A stretch of 64,000 bases of DNA from Owenia fusiformis (lineage: Eukaryota): positions 29,698,001 through 29,762,000 of the forward strand of contig CAIIXF020000001.1 of the NCBI GenBank assembly GCA_903813345.2, read 5' to 3'. Positions 12,543 to 25,183 of the stretch are shown here, in pieces; position 1 is the stretch's first letter, and every line of letters begins with the position of its first letter. The notes below the pieces were generated by a model. The model searched no databases. It was given only the letters and a program-made list of their open reading frames with translations, and was not told where the DNA came from. A program made the position numbers and the translations under genes.

Positions 12543-15500
12543 CAAGTGCATTTTCAATTATTGCATGACTGTATTCTGATTTATCAGTCTCTTTTTTTTT
12601 ATCTAAATCCTGCTGCTGATAATGTTAAAATATTGTACAATCAATGATTAAGAAGAAAATCTCAACTACAAAACTGTGCATCAAATTTTCAGATTTCTTC
12701 TGACAATCCTTCCACTCAAATGGAGTAAATGGTCTGCTCATTATTCCAGAATTTAAAATATATTAGCTATCATGTCATGTTAATAAGATAATGTTTGATT
12801 TATAATGTTTTCTGAGAAAACACTTTGTAAATGAATGGTAAGCTTCCTGTGCTTGATAATTAGATGCTAGTAACATCCTTCTTCAAAGGACTTCATTTAT
12901 GCTAATATTCATATTTTATATGTTATGGTGGCACTATTATCTATAATGCAAAATGTGTGTGTCAAAAAAAATTATTTCATTCCCCCAATTTTTTTTGGGG
13001 GGGGGACTTAAGATTGATATTGCTGTACACCTTTTACATGTACACATGGTCACCTCCCTCCTCGCCTCTACAACGTTAATATGTCAATCTCCGCCTTGAG
13101 AACATATATCAGGTGTGTACCTCAGTTTACATGTAAATTTGATCCAGCATCTACAATAATATCTTGATTGAAACTGAAAGCCCCAATTTTGTATAGTCAA
13201 TTGAAGTTTTAATGGGTCGGCTATTGTTTGTAATAATGTGCCGAATTAATATTGTTATTGTTGTGGTGTTTCAGGGTGAGTGAGTCTGCTATGCAGTTGT
13301 AAAAGACATGAGATCTCAGGGTGGCTAACCATACATTATGAGTGAGACACTGGAGTGCAACCCACGCTATCATGACCCTTGTACCCCGCCTTGACCATAG
13401 TGTCATATAGCCTCAAACCCTGGGAACTGGCTGCACAACCAATGAGGATTGTGTCGGAGGAATGTGTTGGGTGATATCGAGCTTTTGACAATCACTGGTG
13501 GAACATTGTAGGATTATGTTCATAATGTGAGCAGAACAATCAGTCTGTATATTGTCCCACAGAATTTTGACAATCATTGGAGATTGTGTCAGGACACTCA
13601 CCAGGGATTAGGCCATTAAATTAAATTATGACTGGAAAAGCCAATTTGCTTCTGTCTACAGCTATACAAACACTAGACCCAGAGACATATAAATGAATGA
13701 ATGTTTTTATATCTCTGCTGTAGCTAGGTCACAATGTTGATTATAAGAGAGATAATTGATAATTCATATACATGTACAAACATTATGAAAGATTGTGTCT
13801 TTATACCATATTTTTATGAAAGATTGTTGCACAATCACTTTTGGACTGAATATATTCTAGTCTTTCATTAAATGGCTTCTTTCATAAATCAAAGTGTGAA
13901 TTGCTCCCAGGGTGTTTAGTAGGATTATAGTAAATACACATGTATGTAGAGTATATAGTTGTTTGTAAACCAAATGTATGTAATTATAAATGCTGTGTAC
14001 TATCCATTAGGGAAGGCAATGCAAATACAAAGCATGGACACCAGAGATAATGTACATGTACATGTAGTTCACATGAATAAAAAATAAGCTCAGAATATTG
14101 TATTGATGATTCAAAAGCTCTTGGTATATCTTCATATTCTCAGTAGCTCATTAAGGTCAATCAGGAACATTATTATATAGAGAACACCTTCATATGCTTA
14201 TTAGCTCAACTGGCAGATACAAAATGTTCACAGGTAGATTGGAGTACTTCTATCACAGGAGTACTTCAATACTGTAAATGGACCTCCGTGTATTCTGTTT
14301 GCATTTTGGTTTCCTATTTGTTATCCAGCAAAGAAGACACTTTAAACTTAACAAACATTTGTGAATGACACTTCAGGAGTACATTAAATGAATAATGACA
14401 CCCAGACCCATAGCCAGCTTTTGCCAAGGAGGGTTCCAAAGAGGGTTCACTTTTCAAAAAATTCTCTGGGGGTTTACTGAGACAAAGGCCCAAATCACGG
14501 GAAAAATGCTTAGAATGGTGAAAAACTACATGGTTTTGAAAGATTTTTTTGGCCAGGGGGAGGAGTTGGCCCAATCCCCCTTCCCCAAGAAGAAGAAACT
14601 TTACCAATCCCTCTTTCGATGAATGTACAACATTGATATTTCAGGCTGTAATATTTCCTGTGAAATATACAAGTTTAGGGTATTCAGCATATGACAGTAC
14701 TGCAGTATTATCATTGAAATCAGTCAAAATGATCACAAAATGTGATTTATTGCCGACAGTATTCTGACAGGGTTTCTATTTTCTACCTCATTTAGAAGCA
14801 CATAAAATTCTTGTTTTCTTCATTAAGACTATCTGTCTGTTTTTTCCTCAAGTCACCTTGGGCATGTTCTGAGACTAGATTATTTTAATTGAGCTTGCAA
14901 CCCGCCTCCTTTTATCATTTGTAAATTGTAAAGAAAATCCATGTGACAATACTACAAAACCTGGGCATAAACCTTTTAGTCTAATTTCTTTTTTGCTAAA
15001 ACAAAAAAAGTGATATGCCAATTTGAAACTTTTTATTATCACTGATAATATAACATGTTGTCATCTTGAAGCCTTGCCTTTTATTTTTTATGCTGCATTT
15101 GTTCATCAAATGAAAAAGAGTTTGCTCAATAAGCCTTCATTGATAGGAAATATCAATGCCTTATTTATAGCCTAGATGCTGTTTATAGCTTGACCAGGCC
15201 TGACTCCAGGGCTCCAGGAACAATGGATGAGCTATTTTATAATCTGGACAATGGATTATCTCCTTAAAACATGGCAGTGTGATTGCCCATATAGATGGGG
15301 AAATCTTTAGTATATAATAAAATGCCAATTAAAAATGGATTATGTCCATTCTTGATCTTCCGACTTGAAGCATAATAGGCCCCTATGACATATATAAAGG
15401 AATCAGATGGATAGGGGATTGACATTGGTTTATTGGCAACTGTTGACCTCCTCATTGATTCTACAAAGCAAATAAATGCAAAAATAAAAAGACATTTTAT

Positions 15501-18500
15501 TTAGACAATTATATTTCTCCATTTCTTCAAAATTAACCATTCTTGCACAAAGTGCCTGTACTTTCCCCCATATCTACAGTATTTCAAGGAAGGAATTGAG
15601 TTGAGGTGTAGGGGAAGGGTGGGGTTTCATTGAGGGCCTGAAACAACCAAGACAAGACAAGGCCATAATAGGGATTTGCTAGTTCTGCCTCTGCTTTGAG
15701 GATTCAATATGGGAAATATGACACTGGATTTACTGAAGAAAGGTATATAAACCATGCTCATATGACTATGATGACAACTGTGAAATTGGTTTCAATGTTT
15801 GTAATTATGAACCACCCTCATTGTGCCTCATAAATATCTTTTGAGGTGTTTCTTTGATATATAGCTGCTTTATCACCATGGTGATGTATGTTTTAAAACA
15901 AATGTTTGTGAGAGGGGAACATATTTAAATATGAACACGACTATGTCAGTCATTTTCAGACATATTATGTTTATTTATTGCATTTATTTTCATTATCGAT
16001 TTTTAATTGAATTTTGACATACATGTATATATTATAGAAAACATCCATTTAATAAAAGATGATTATTATTATATAATCAACTCAAGCTACAAATATACCA
16101 AGCCTTGGAAAATAAAGCAACATAACTTAACCTACATATTTCTTCAAGTCAGTGCAAAAATAAAACATCAGCTATGGATCATCAGAAATAGACGCAAAAG
16201 TTGAACTTTGTATTTAGGGTACAAGAGTTCAATGTAAGGTACTACCTGCATGGTTGCTCTCTACTAATTTCACCATTTACCTGTGTATTTGAATGCCACC
16301 ATGAAAAAACCTATTTGGACGTCATGACCCAGCGTATGCAAAACAAAAGACTCAATTCCTGTGGAATGTTTACAAAAGAAATTAATGCCAGCTTGAAAAC
16401 AAATCAAAAATGAAGTACAATTTATATTTTAATGGTCTTGTTATAGAGGATGCAGTTTTTTGGCAGGGTGATTATCTGATTATAATTAGACAAAATAACA
16501 AAAGTTTTCCAGAAACAAAAGAAATAGAATATTGTGTTATCAATCTAGCTGTGAGTGTGTCCACATCATGTATCTAGATTCAACTGACACTAGCATGGGT
16601 GGCATGTGACACCCAAGCTAGACTAAAGATACAGATCTTTAATTTTATGCATATTTCGGGTAATTAAAGATTGCATCTCTGGCAATATGTAAAGCCATAT
16701 GATTACAAGTATCTCTGCTATTACAGGTATATGGCCATATTCTAATTTAAAACACACAATGCAGGCCTGTAGCCAGAGGGGGGGGTTCCTTTTCAAGTGA
16801 TACTGACATTTGCCATTTATGCCTTATGGACCAAAGTTATCAAAAGTGAACCCCCTGGAATTTTTTAAAAAGTGAATCCCCCTTAGCAAATCCTGGCAAC
16901 GGGGATTCATCGGGGGTACAAAGCACTCATTGCCATTTTGGCTTTAGTTTCGTTTTATTATATCTGGCCAAGATAAAACAGAGAGGGGTAGGGCAAACAT
17001 GCTTTATCTACACCAACAAAAATAAGATTGTTCTTCGAATATTTATGTGAACATTTATTGTGAGTGTAAAGTGTTTTTGACTTAAGTTCCTGTCATTGTA
17101 AATTTCTCAGAATTTTAACTATACTTTTGGTTTCTTTTTGTATCCCGAAAATGTGCTTTAATACATTATGCACATTGATACTTATTGCATCTGTTTTCTA
17201 CAATTAACAGACAATTACTGTTGGAAAGTGCTATGGTATACCATAATTACACATATTGCACTTCAACAATGAATTCAATGAAATATGCTTGGATTAATAT
17301 ATTTTACAATATAACTTTGCATAGTATGTTATTATACATCTCCATTCTTAACGGACAACATTCTCTGTTTGAAATTGCCATGGTATACCATGATGATTGT
17401 TTATGGGTTTGCTTTATATCCCAGACAAGGTGACAGACCAGTACCTTATTTGAATAATTCCTCCTATAATTCTTGACACTTTCTCTTAAAATTGATTGTT
17501 GATTAATTGGAATGGTTCTTAGACAACATGTAACGACTGAGTCTTGGGGGTGTTTTCAAAGTGTAATTTGAGACCATCTTGTGTTGTCTAAATGGCCATT
17601 AAAACCAGGAAATGTAAAGAAATGCTGGGCCAGTTAAAAGTCTGTTCTACAAGAGTTCAGTCATAAATCTCCAGGAGGTTAACCCTTTCATTTCTGCATT
17701 ACATGAATCATTTTGTTAATTTATACACATATCACCACCAATTAAATTATGTAATAACTACTGAATATTTTGTGAAAATTACTCTGAAAAAGATATTTTG
17801 AGTTTTATATTCCTGATGATATTTTGTTTTAAGGGCTCTGCTGTACCATGAGAATGAAGAAGTAAAAAGAGATTAAGTTTCAGTTTTTGGCGAAGGGTTA
17901 CATACTTTCAGAACAGGGTCAGTGTAGAATGGAATTTTCATTGACTGATGACATATAGATTATAGATATTCCTAACTGATTTGTGATTTGAATTTATATG
18001 ATCTAGAATTTATCTAAATACTGACTGTAGTGTATTTAGCCAATATACATGTACATCTATTAGCCTAACTACATGTACCAAACTAATGGTCAGCTATTAA
18101 TCTAGAAATATCCTCAAGAGGAGTCTACTTTAAAAGAAGAAGAAGAAGAAGGAGATGTCAAAATGTTGAAAAATAAAACAAATGTGTTCATGACCATGGC
18201 CTATTGAAGTAGATGTTTGTTTTGACCAGAGAGACTTTTTTACTTTGATCGGGAGAGATCAACAAACACCAAAAACCAAACCTCAATGAAACCTGTACTC
18301 TAAACTCCTCAGGTCTCATTGCCAGAAAAGAAACTATTAAAGGTCACACATTTCAATCAAGAGAAGTATAAACCTTTTGGCTGGTGGAAGGCGGGGGGGG
18401 GGGTTATCCAGAACTGGGGAGAAGGTATAAAAAATGCTTCAAATGTAATACACTATTAAACATACAGACCACCCCTCAGCAAAATATATTAAACAAGCTC

Positions 18501-21100
18501 ATTTGATGTCTAATGTCAAAATGACTCTTAGAGTGGCCTGTACCTTTCGTATGGAATGAAAAATCATGAGGTGTGGCTTACTTCATTTTTAACCTATATA
18601 TGAGTAAGAATCACCAAGAAGAACTGTTATGTGATCTTTGACACAGGAGATTAGCACTTCTACCACATCCTTGTTCTTCAGCTATTTCTTGGAATACACA
18701 AAATGTTCTAATGCTTTTTATGATACTTTTCAAAAGTAGATAAAGCATGTTTGCTCCATCTTGACCCTGGCCTAGGGCATAATTATTGGATGAGAGGGAC
18801 TACTTTTCAACCTATTTGTTGGTGAAGTATGTCTTGATCCACAAAATTTGGAGTTGATATTTCAAATAAAATAGCCAATTTTAATTAGCAAGATTAATCA
18901 GTTTAACTTATATCATCTTTTTACACTTTGAACTGTTTCTATTACACCAACATCTGTTTTGCTGAGACATAAAGTATTGAATTTTTGTTAAGGGACAAAA
19001 ACAGCACCTTAAAGTTGAACTTGAAAATATTGAATCACCTGTCTGAATTTTGAAGTTCTTTGTTTGGTTGTTTTTTGTATATGAAGCAGAGTACACAATG
19101 AGTTGCTGCTTTTTAGTACAACAGCGGATCAATATTCATATACCACAGTGATATTCCTTGATTTCAGATCATATAAGCAATCTTACTTTATTTACACAAT
19201 CATCTAGGAATATATTTAATTGTTTGTTATTGCTACTGATTAACATTGTGTCATTTTTAAGCTAATATAGAGTTAAAAGTGCAATCAATAATATCAGTAA
19301 ACCTATGATGGTATCACCTAATTAATAGCATATGAAGGGTATCAGGTATGAATGTCAGTTACACAATAAATTAGCTGCCTCTATGGACTCTGTCAAGATA
19401 CCCTGGATTATGGGACTACTATGGGCAGACCCATTGATTTTGATTACCCTGCTTTGATTGTCTGTTGAAACAACCCTCAAGGCGAAAGTAAGCCACATTT
19501 TATTTTATATCATCTCTGTTGAAGGACAAGCTATTATATTGATAAGTTAGTTCATTTTTATCAAGTATATGATCTAACTTTTTGTCATTTCCACTGAAAC
19601 CGATTTGCAGCTGTATTCAAATAATGTGACGCATGAGGCTATACTTATTTAAATGTCGCGTGTGACCTTACCTTATTGTATAAATACAAAACTTATCAGA
19701 ATAAAGTATGAATAAATTTAACTGAGAGTTTCATTGTTGCAAATCATGCAATATTGAAACAAGAGCCAAAATCTTGAGTTTTATTCTAATCAAAAGAAAC
19801 ATAAAGGTCTTTTTAAATTAATGTTGAGTATCAATGTAGATTTTTGGCACACTTAAAAAACGGATATAAAGAAATTCGCGTGCCAGCTGGTGAATTTTCT
19901 TTTTGAGTTTGTTTTGAATACTTAAAAAGGAAGAATTATTTTGGAGGAAATCCAAGTGTTTTGTTGTCAAGGCCAATTGAAACATCTGCTGAAGCCCAGA
20001 TAGTATTTTTCACCTGTTTGATAATTTACTAAATAAAACAACAAAATATAGAGATGTTAAGTTGTTCAGAGAGGGTTGACGCGTGCAAAAGTGCAACAGG
20101 TAGAAAGTAGTTCTTACTTTAGTATATGTCCACTTTGTTGTTAACTTTTTATTATGAAATGATAGATGTTTGATGCAAATAGGGACTGGGTATATTTTTC
20201 ATATTGTTAGTCTTATGCCTTATGATGTCCTTAAAGTGTCAATACTACAATGTTGGTCACCAAAGATTAAACCTTTATTGAAAGACCTAATCAAGTCCTA
20301 TTGTTATCAACCCCCTCCCCACATAAGACTCATACCTCCTACACAAGGATGGGATACATATGTCATTACATAGGCATAAGGAAAAGTAGTAGTGAGCGAG
20401 TATTTATATTTGTTTGCATTACTCCTGGATCCAAATATTGGCATTGAAAAAGATACATCGCGATAGCCTTTGTCTTTATCCTTCCAAAGTAAACCTGATT
20501 TGCTGCCTGGTTCAAGGTGCTTGTGGGCGCTTGTGTGACTCAATGGGGTCGCTAGCCGAGGAATCGATTGTGTTTAATTCCGGAGTTTGGTTGTTCTGTT
20601 GATTATTTGCGATATTTTGGCAATAATATACCCAAAAGTTATTCTCAAGATATATTCATGGTATGTGAGATATGATATGAGCAATAACAATACGACATCA
20701 TTGGGGTAGAAACCTATGGCATAATGCATCTTTAAGTTAACAACCAAAGTAAAAAGAATATTTTTTCTCATTCTTGCTCTTGAAGTTTTGACAGTTCATG
20801 ACAGTATATCCATAGACAGACTGAGATGGGTAAATACACTTTTATAAAAGATTAATAAATATGTCTAGGGCCAGGTCTAAATTGATGTTGCTTGATACAA
20901 TATATAAGGTGATTCAACCGTTGGACGGACTTGTTTTTATGAAATAAAAGTTTTTAGTTTCATTCAACTCGGGGATGTTCTCCTGCTTTGTTATAGGTTA
21001 GATACACATCCTTCCTATTAGCACTTAGTGACTGGTTACTCCAACAGAACTGAATGAATGAGTGAGTGAGTGAAACACTCCTATGATGATTTCACGTTGT

Positions 21101-21403
21101 CTGATTGGTTGCATGCCTTTCTGTGCTCCTCCCACTTTTTTCCCGCCAATGTCTGGCCTATTCACTGCCTCCAGACTCATATTCCACATTCCCTCCACCT
21201 TAGCATAATTTTCATGATTTTCCGTTGTAAAACAGGATAAACATCGCATTTGAGAAGATCTTATTGTCATTGAGAAGCATAGAAAGTGTTTTTCTTATGC
21301 GTAAAATACTTTCAGAGATATTGCCACTAATGTGAGTCAATCACTTGACCTCTAAACATTAGCGCATTGATATATGCGCAGAGCCGGTGTGAGTAGGCCA
21401 GTT
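21101..21403 (+). promoter_or_regulatory. Putative Myc proximal/core promoter
   Basis: Reverse CCAAT (ATTGG ~21104), E2F-type TTTCCCGCC at 21139-21147 overlapping CCAAT at 21146-21150, AP-1 TGAGTCA at 21333-21339, TATA-like GATATATG at ~21369-21376 and Inr-like CCAGTT at 21398-21403 about 30 bp downstream. TSS inferred, not observed. Confidence 0.5.
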
Positions 21404-21538
21404 GCTTTATTAATTCATTGGCCTCTGAACAGCGGGCTTTTCATGTTCTTCAACTTGTCGTCAAGACGTACAGTTCAGCTCTCGGATATACCCTATGAAA
21501 TATTAAGTTTGGATATTGTCAGCGACATAACTAAGAAG
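21400..21538 (+). other. MYC: Myc exon 1 (5' UTR; start approximate)
   Basis: Consensus donor AAG|GTGAGT at 21538/21539 and acceptor TTTTATTTCAG| ending 21933, 39 nt before the Myc ATG. Same layout as the three-exon vertebrate myc genes. Confidence 0.6.
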
Positions 21539-21972
21539 GTGAGTGTTTGCAGATTATTATGAGCGATTTTGGTCATATTTGGTTATGTACTTTCGTCAAT
21601 ATTTAAGAATGAAGAAGGCAATATGTTTCACTCAAATTTAAATGTGTGGATGTCTGGCATTCATTCAATCAAGAATTTGTATCTCTTGGTAAGTTCAAGG
21701 TATACTGAACTTCAACTTCTGTGGCAGTACATGTACATTATATCAATATAACATTTTATTAATTTAGTATTGATGATCAGTTCGTGTGAAATGTAAACGT
21801 TCATGTTTTTGTATAGCCTAGAAATTTAAAGGTCCACCCACATTGACTCGTGTGTTCATGAAAAATCACTACCAAATTGTAATAAGAATGTGAAATTATT
21901 TCAAAATCTTAACACTTTGCCATTTTATTTCAGTGATAAGCTTGCCACCATTTGTGTTCACACAGAATCAAA

Positions 21973-22522
21973 ATGCCTGTTCGGACAGATCAACGTGACG
22001 TTGGATATGATTTCTTTCAAAACAACCATGATGAGAATTTGGAACTTTACCCCACATCTTCAGCATCACACCCAAGCGAAGATATCTGGAAAAAATTTGA
22101 GCTGATCCCAACTCCACCAAGTTCTCCTCAAAGAGAAGACTCGGATTACTGGGATGACACTGAAGCAAAACGTCATAAGCTTGTTACAAGTCTTGTTGAT
22201 GGCCCATCAAATGAAGATGACTTCTTGTCTCAAAGCCTTGTATTAGGTGACTTTGAATTTGCTGGACTATCTAAGAACCTCCAGGCAAATGTTATTAAGG
22301 ATTGCATGTGGACATGTAAAGAAGACACCCCCTGCCACCCTAAAGACACTAAACTTGCGTCAAAGTTCACCATAAGAACATGTCGTAGAGATTCAGAGTC
22401 GAGCAGTATAAGTACACGAGATGATTCAGACTGTGTCGATCCTTTGGCCGTGTTTCCATACTCTGTCAGTCGAGATATCAGCAGTAGAGACAGTTTGGGA
22501 ACAGAAACACCTTCTGATTCAG
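21973..22522 (+). CDS. MYC: Myc proto-oncogene protein, coding exon 1 (transactivation region)
   Basis: ATG at 21973 (context CAAAATGC). MBI PSEDIWKKFELIPTPPSSP with the T58/S62-equivalent phosphodegron, MBII VIKDCMW, MBIII DCVDPLAVFPY. Ends ETPSDS with phase-1 donor G|GTAAGA. Confidence 0.96.
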
Positions 22523-24548
22523 GTAAGAGTCATCATTATCTCTTTTTGCAAAGATTAGGTTATTAAGAGATTTCGTTTAATTCTTATTAGTATTACACAT
22601 GGACTTCACTGCTGAAAATATTGATGTCATTCAGTTTCAACCTTTGCAGTCTGTTCAAGGTCAGTTACCAAGTGCAAATAATGTTTAGTAATATCTATGT
22701 CTATACAGTACATGGTTTTATCTTCTTGGGGTGCAGGGTTCTAAATTCCAAGATTATCACTGCTATCTAATATAATGACTAGCTAAGGTAACCCTACTGA
22801 GATCATTGCCCATTCATAAGATTCAATTGTTTTTTGGCTTATTTCTTTTTTGTCAACCTTGAAATGAAATGCACTTTATTTACTCGAGTCTCTAGCTTAC
22901 AGCTAGACGAAACTTCATTGATTTCGTATGTACTGTGCTACACGCACCTACACGCACCTAGAACTCATTTTTAATAAATTTTATAAATATTTTTAAGAAT
23001 ATTAATCATATTTAGGATGAAGCGTTGCTTGTCTGGATTTAGATATTTCAAAATTTCATTTCGGAGTTTGACACATGGTGAAATTTTCTCGCTGTAGCTA
23101 AAAATGGCTTCCGGTTCTGGACGTGATCGAACATTTGAAATTATTCTCGCTTAAAGAAATCAAATATAACAATAGATTCAGAGGGGGATGTGAGCTGATG
23201 TTCTTCAAATCTATACATAAAGGTATATTTCATATTATTATGCCATATTTACTGTGCGTGTGACACAATGATTTACAATATTTATAATACTAGGCAGCTC
23301 AATCTTCCTCCTCAAAGCCGGAATATAGAGAAGGCTTTGGACCAAAGTAACACTTTATTCATTATCAAACGACATTAGATGAATCAAATTCATAGTTCAT
23401 ATTCTAACTTCAATAATTATGTTCATGATTCAGTTATGACAGTTCCCTTTTGATGACTGGCTGTATTATTGCTCCTAGGAATTCTTGTTCAGAGATAATA
23501 CGTTGCATAATATAAATGATCAGGTTAATATATACCCAGGCTGGTATTACATCTAGACTGTGCAATAGGTGATTGCGAAATCCAGATAAGCTAGCCTTGT
23601 ACTTGTAGCTACACATACTGCAGTGTAAGAGCAGCTGGCAATGATGTATTGATTATACATAGAACTGGATTCGAGCCAACATTGTGTAGATTCAGTGTGC
23701 TTCGCTTTGTACTGTTCCTCTCACTTCTTACATTGTGAACATCTTATTAGTATATAGCACTTAAAATGATAATTAGACAATGAAGCATTATATCCTGTAG
23801 AAGTACCATTTTTAGTGTGAATTAAGGTATTATCAGTTGATAATCAAAGCTTCCCTTGGCTACATCATTTATTAAATTCAATATCCAAGGATGAGGAAAA
23901 TATAAACTTAATAGGTTAAAGTAACCACAGATATTTCTTTGTTAGGTTTTGATAAAAATGGATCTAACATCAACAAAAATCCTCTTTGTTTTCAAATACT
24001 ATGACACATCCTGTGGTGGCAAAGTAATACTATGAGTAATACATACCTCCTTTTATGCTAATCACTACTTTTACAGGCTGATAGCCAAAGATAAAAGACC
24101 TGTTCATATGTGATTCTCAAACATTTTTTCAAATTATTTTATCTCAAGAAATCTCGCAATTGCTTAAAAATAGACCAGAATATTTAGTTGATGAGAGACA
24201 ATCCCCTTTGGGTGTGTTAACATTCATATGCAGGTCTTGTGTAAACAACAGATTGTTCAGGCAGCAAACAGTTCACATATGGCATGTTACTTTGACTCAT
24301 GACTGCCTATTTTGTGTTGTGTAACCTTTTTAGTGGAAGTGACTAGCGTGTTCATTTTTAGTGTTCTTGATTTTCGGTCAGTGTTAAAACTCGGCAGATT
24401 GCACCTAATTACCTTGTTAGACATTTAAAACACGGGGACTGTCTACAGTAAATTATAACTGTTGAAGCATTTATAACAATAGTGCATTTAGACTTTGATT
24501 TTCTTGCACCTGAACTAGATTTTCATGTCTTTGTTTTTGTATTTACAG

Positions 24549-25183
24549 AAGAGGAAATAGATGTAGTGACAGTTGAGAAGAAGATTCTACCTCCAGTAAA
24601 GAAACGCACACACCCATCCCCGGAGGCTATTAAACAGGCTTTAGCGGAACATAGAGAGATGCACAACTATACACGCCCCTGTCCCCCCTCTCAGTCGCAC
24701 ATGAAAGTCAGCCAAGGAAGGATAACAATAAATGGAGTAAAACGCCCCTACTCTTCTGTATCGAACTCTCAATCAAATAAAAAGTTGAAGAGAGACAATA
24801 TTAACATCAGTGACTTGAAAAGTGCTGTGAAAAGATTACATGGTGGCTACAACAGCAATAGCAGTAGTCGATCAAGTAGCAGAGCTAGCTCAGACAGTGA
24901 GGACTGTGAGCGCAGATCGCAACATAATGTTCTTGAGCGCAAGAGGCGCAACGATTTAAAATCCAGTTTTCTAGGACTCCGTGATATGATTCCTAATCTG
25001 ACTCAAAGTGAGCGTGCACCAAAAGTGATCATATTAAAAAAGGCTGCAGAGTATGTATCTGGCCTTGCTAGGACTGAGTCTAGATTGAAGGCTGAACTGA
25101 GGAGTGAAGAATCACGTAAAGATCAGTTACTGAAAAGGTTACAGTTTTTAAAAAGGAACTCTAATAGCTCTTGGGATTATTAA
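24549..25183 (+). CDS. MYC: Myc proto-oncogene protein, coding exon 2 (bHLH-leucine zipper)
   Basis: Acceptor TTTACAG| at 24548 restores E-EEIDVVTVEK (MBIIIb). MBIV-like MHNYTRP; basic-HLH RRSQHNVLERKRRNDLKSSF...APKVIILKKAAEYV; leucine zipper; TAA at 25181-25183. Joined CDS is 394 aa. Confidence 0.97.

Noticed and set aside
13036-18077. Recurrent TACATGTA palindromes
   Set aside because: A common dispersed motif in AT-rich invertebrate genomes; no regular spacing or other structure seen.
137-21000. Many 60-100 aa ORFs in the upstream region
   Set aside because: No recognisable domains or consistent splice structure, and several overlap MITEs; expected by chance.
21374-21562. 62-aa ORF upstream of Myc as a separate gene
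   Set aside because: Its ATG overlaps the TATA-like box, it crosses the exon 1 donor, and it has no recognisable homology. Only its 3' part is kept as a uORF candidate.
21952-21972. ORF-track start of Myc at TTG 21952 and read-through to 22566
   Set aside because: The first true ATG is at 21973, and sequence after 22522 is intronic (GT donor; homology resumes at 24549).
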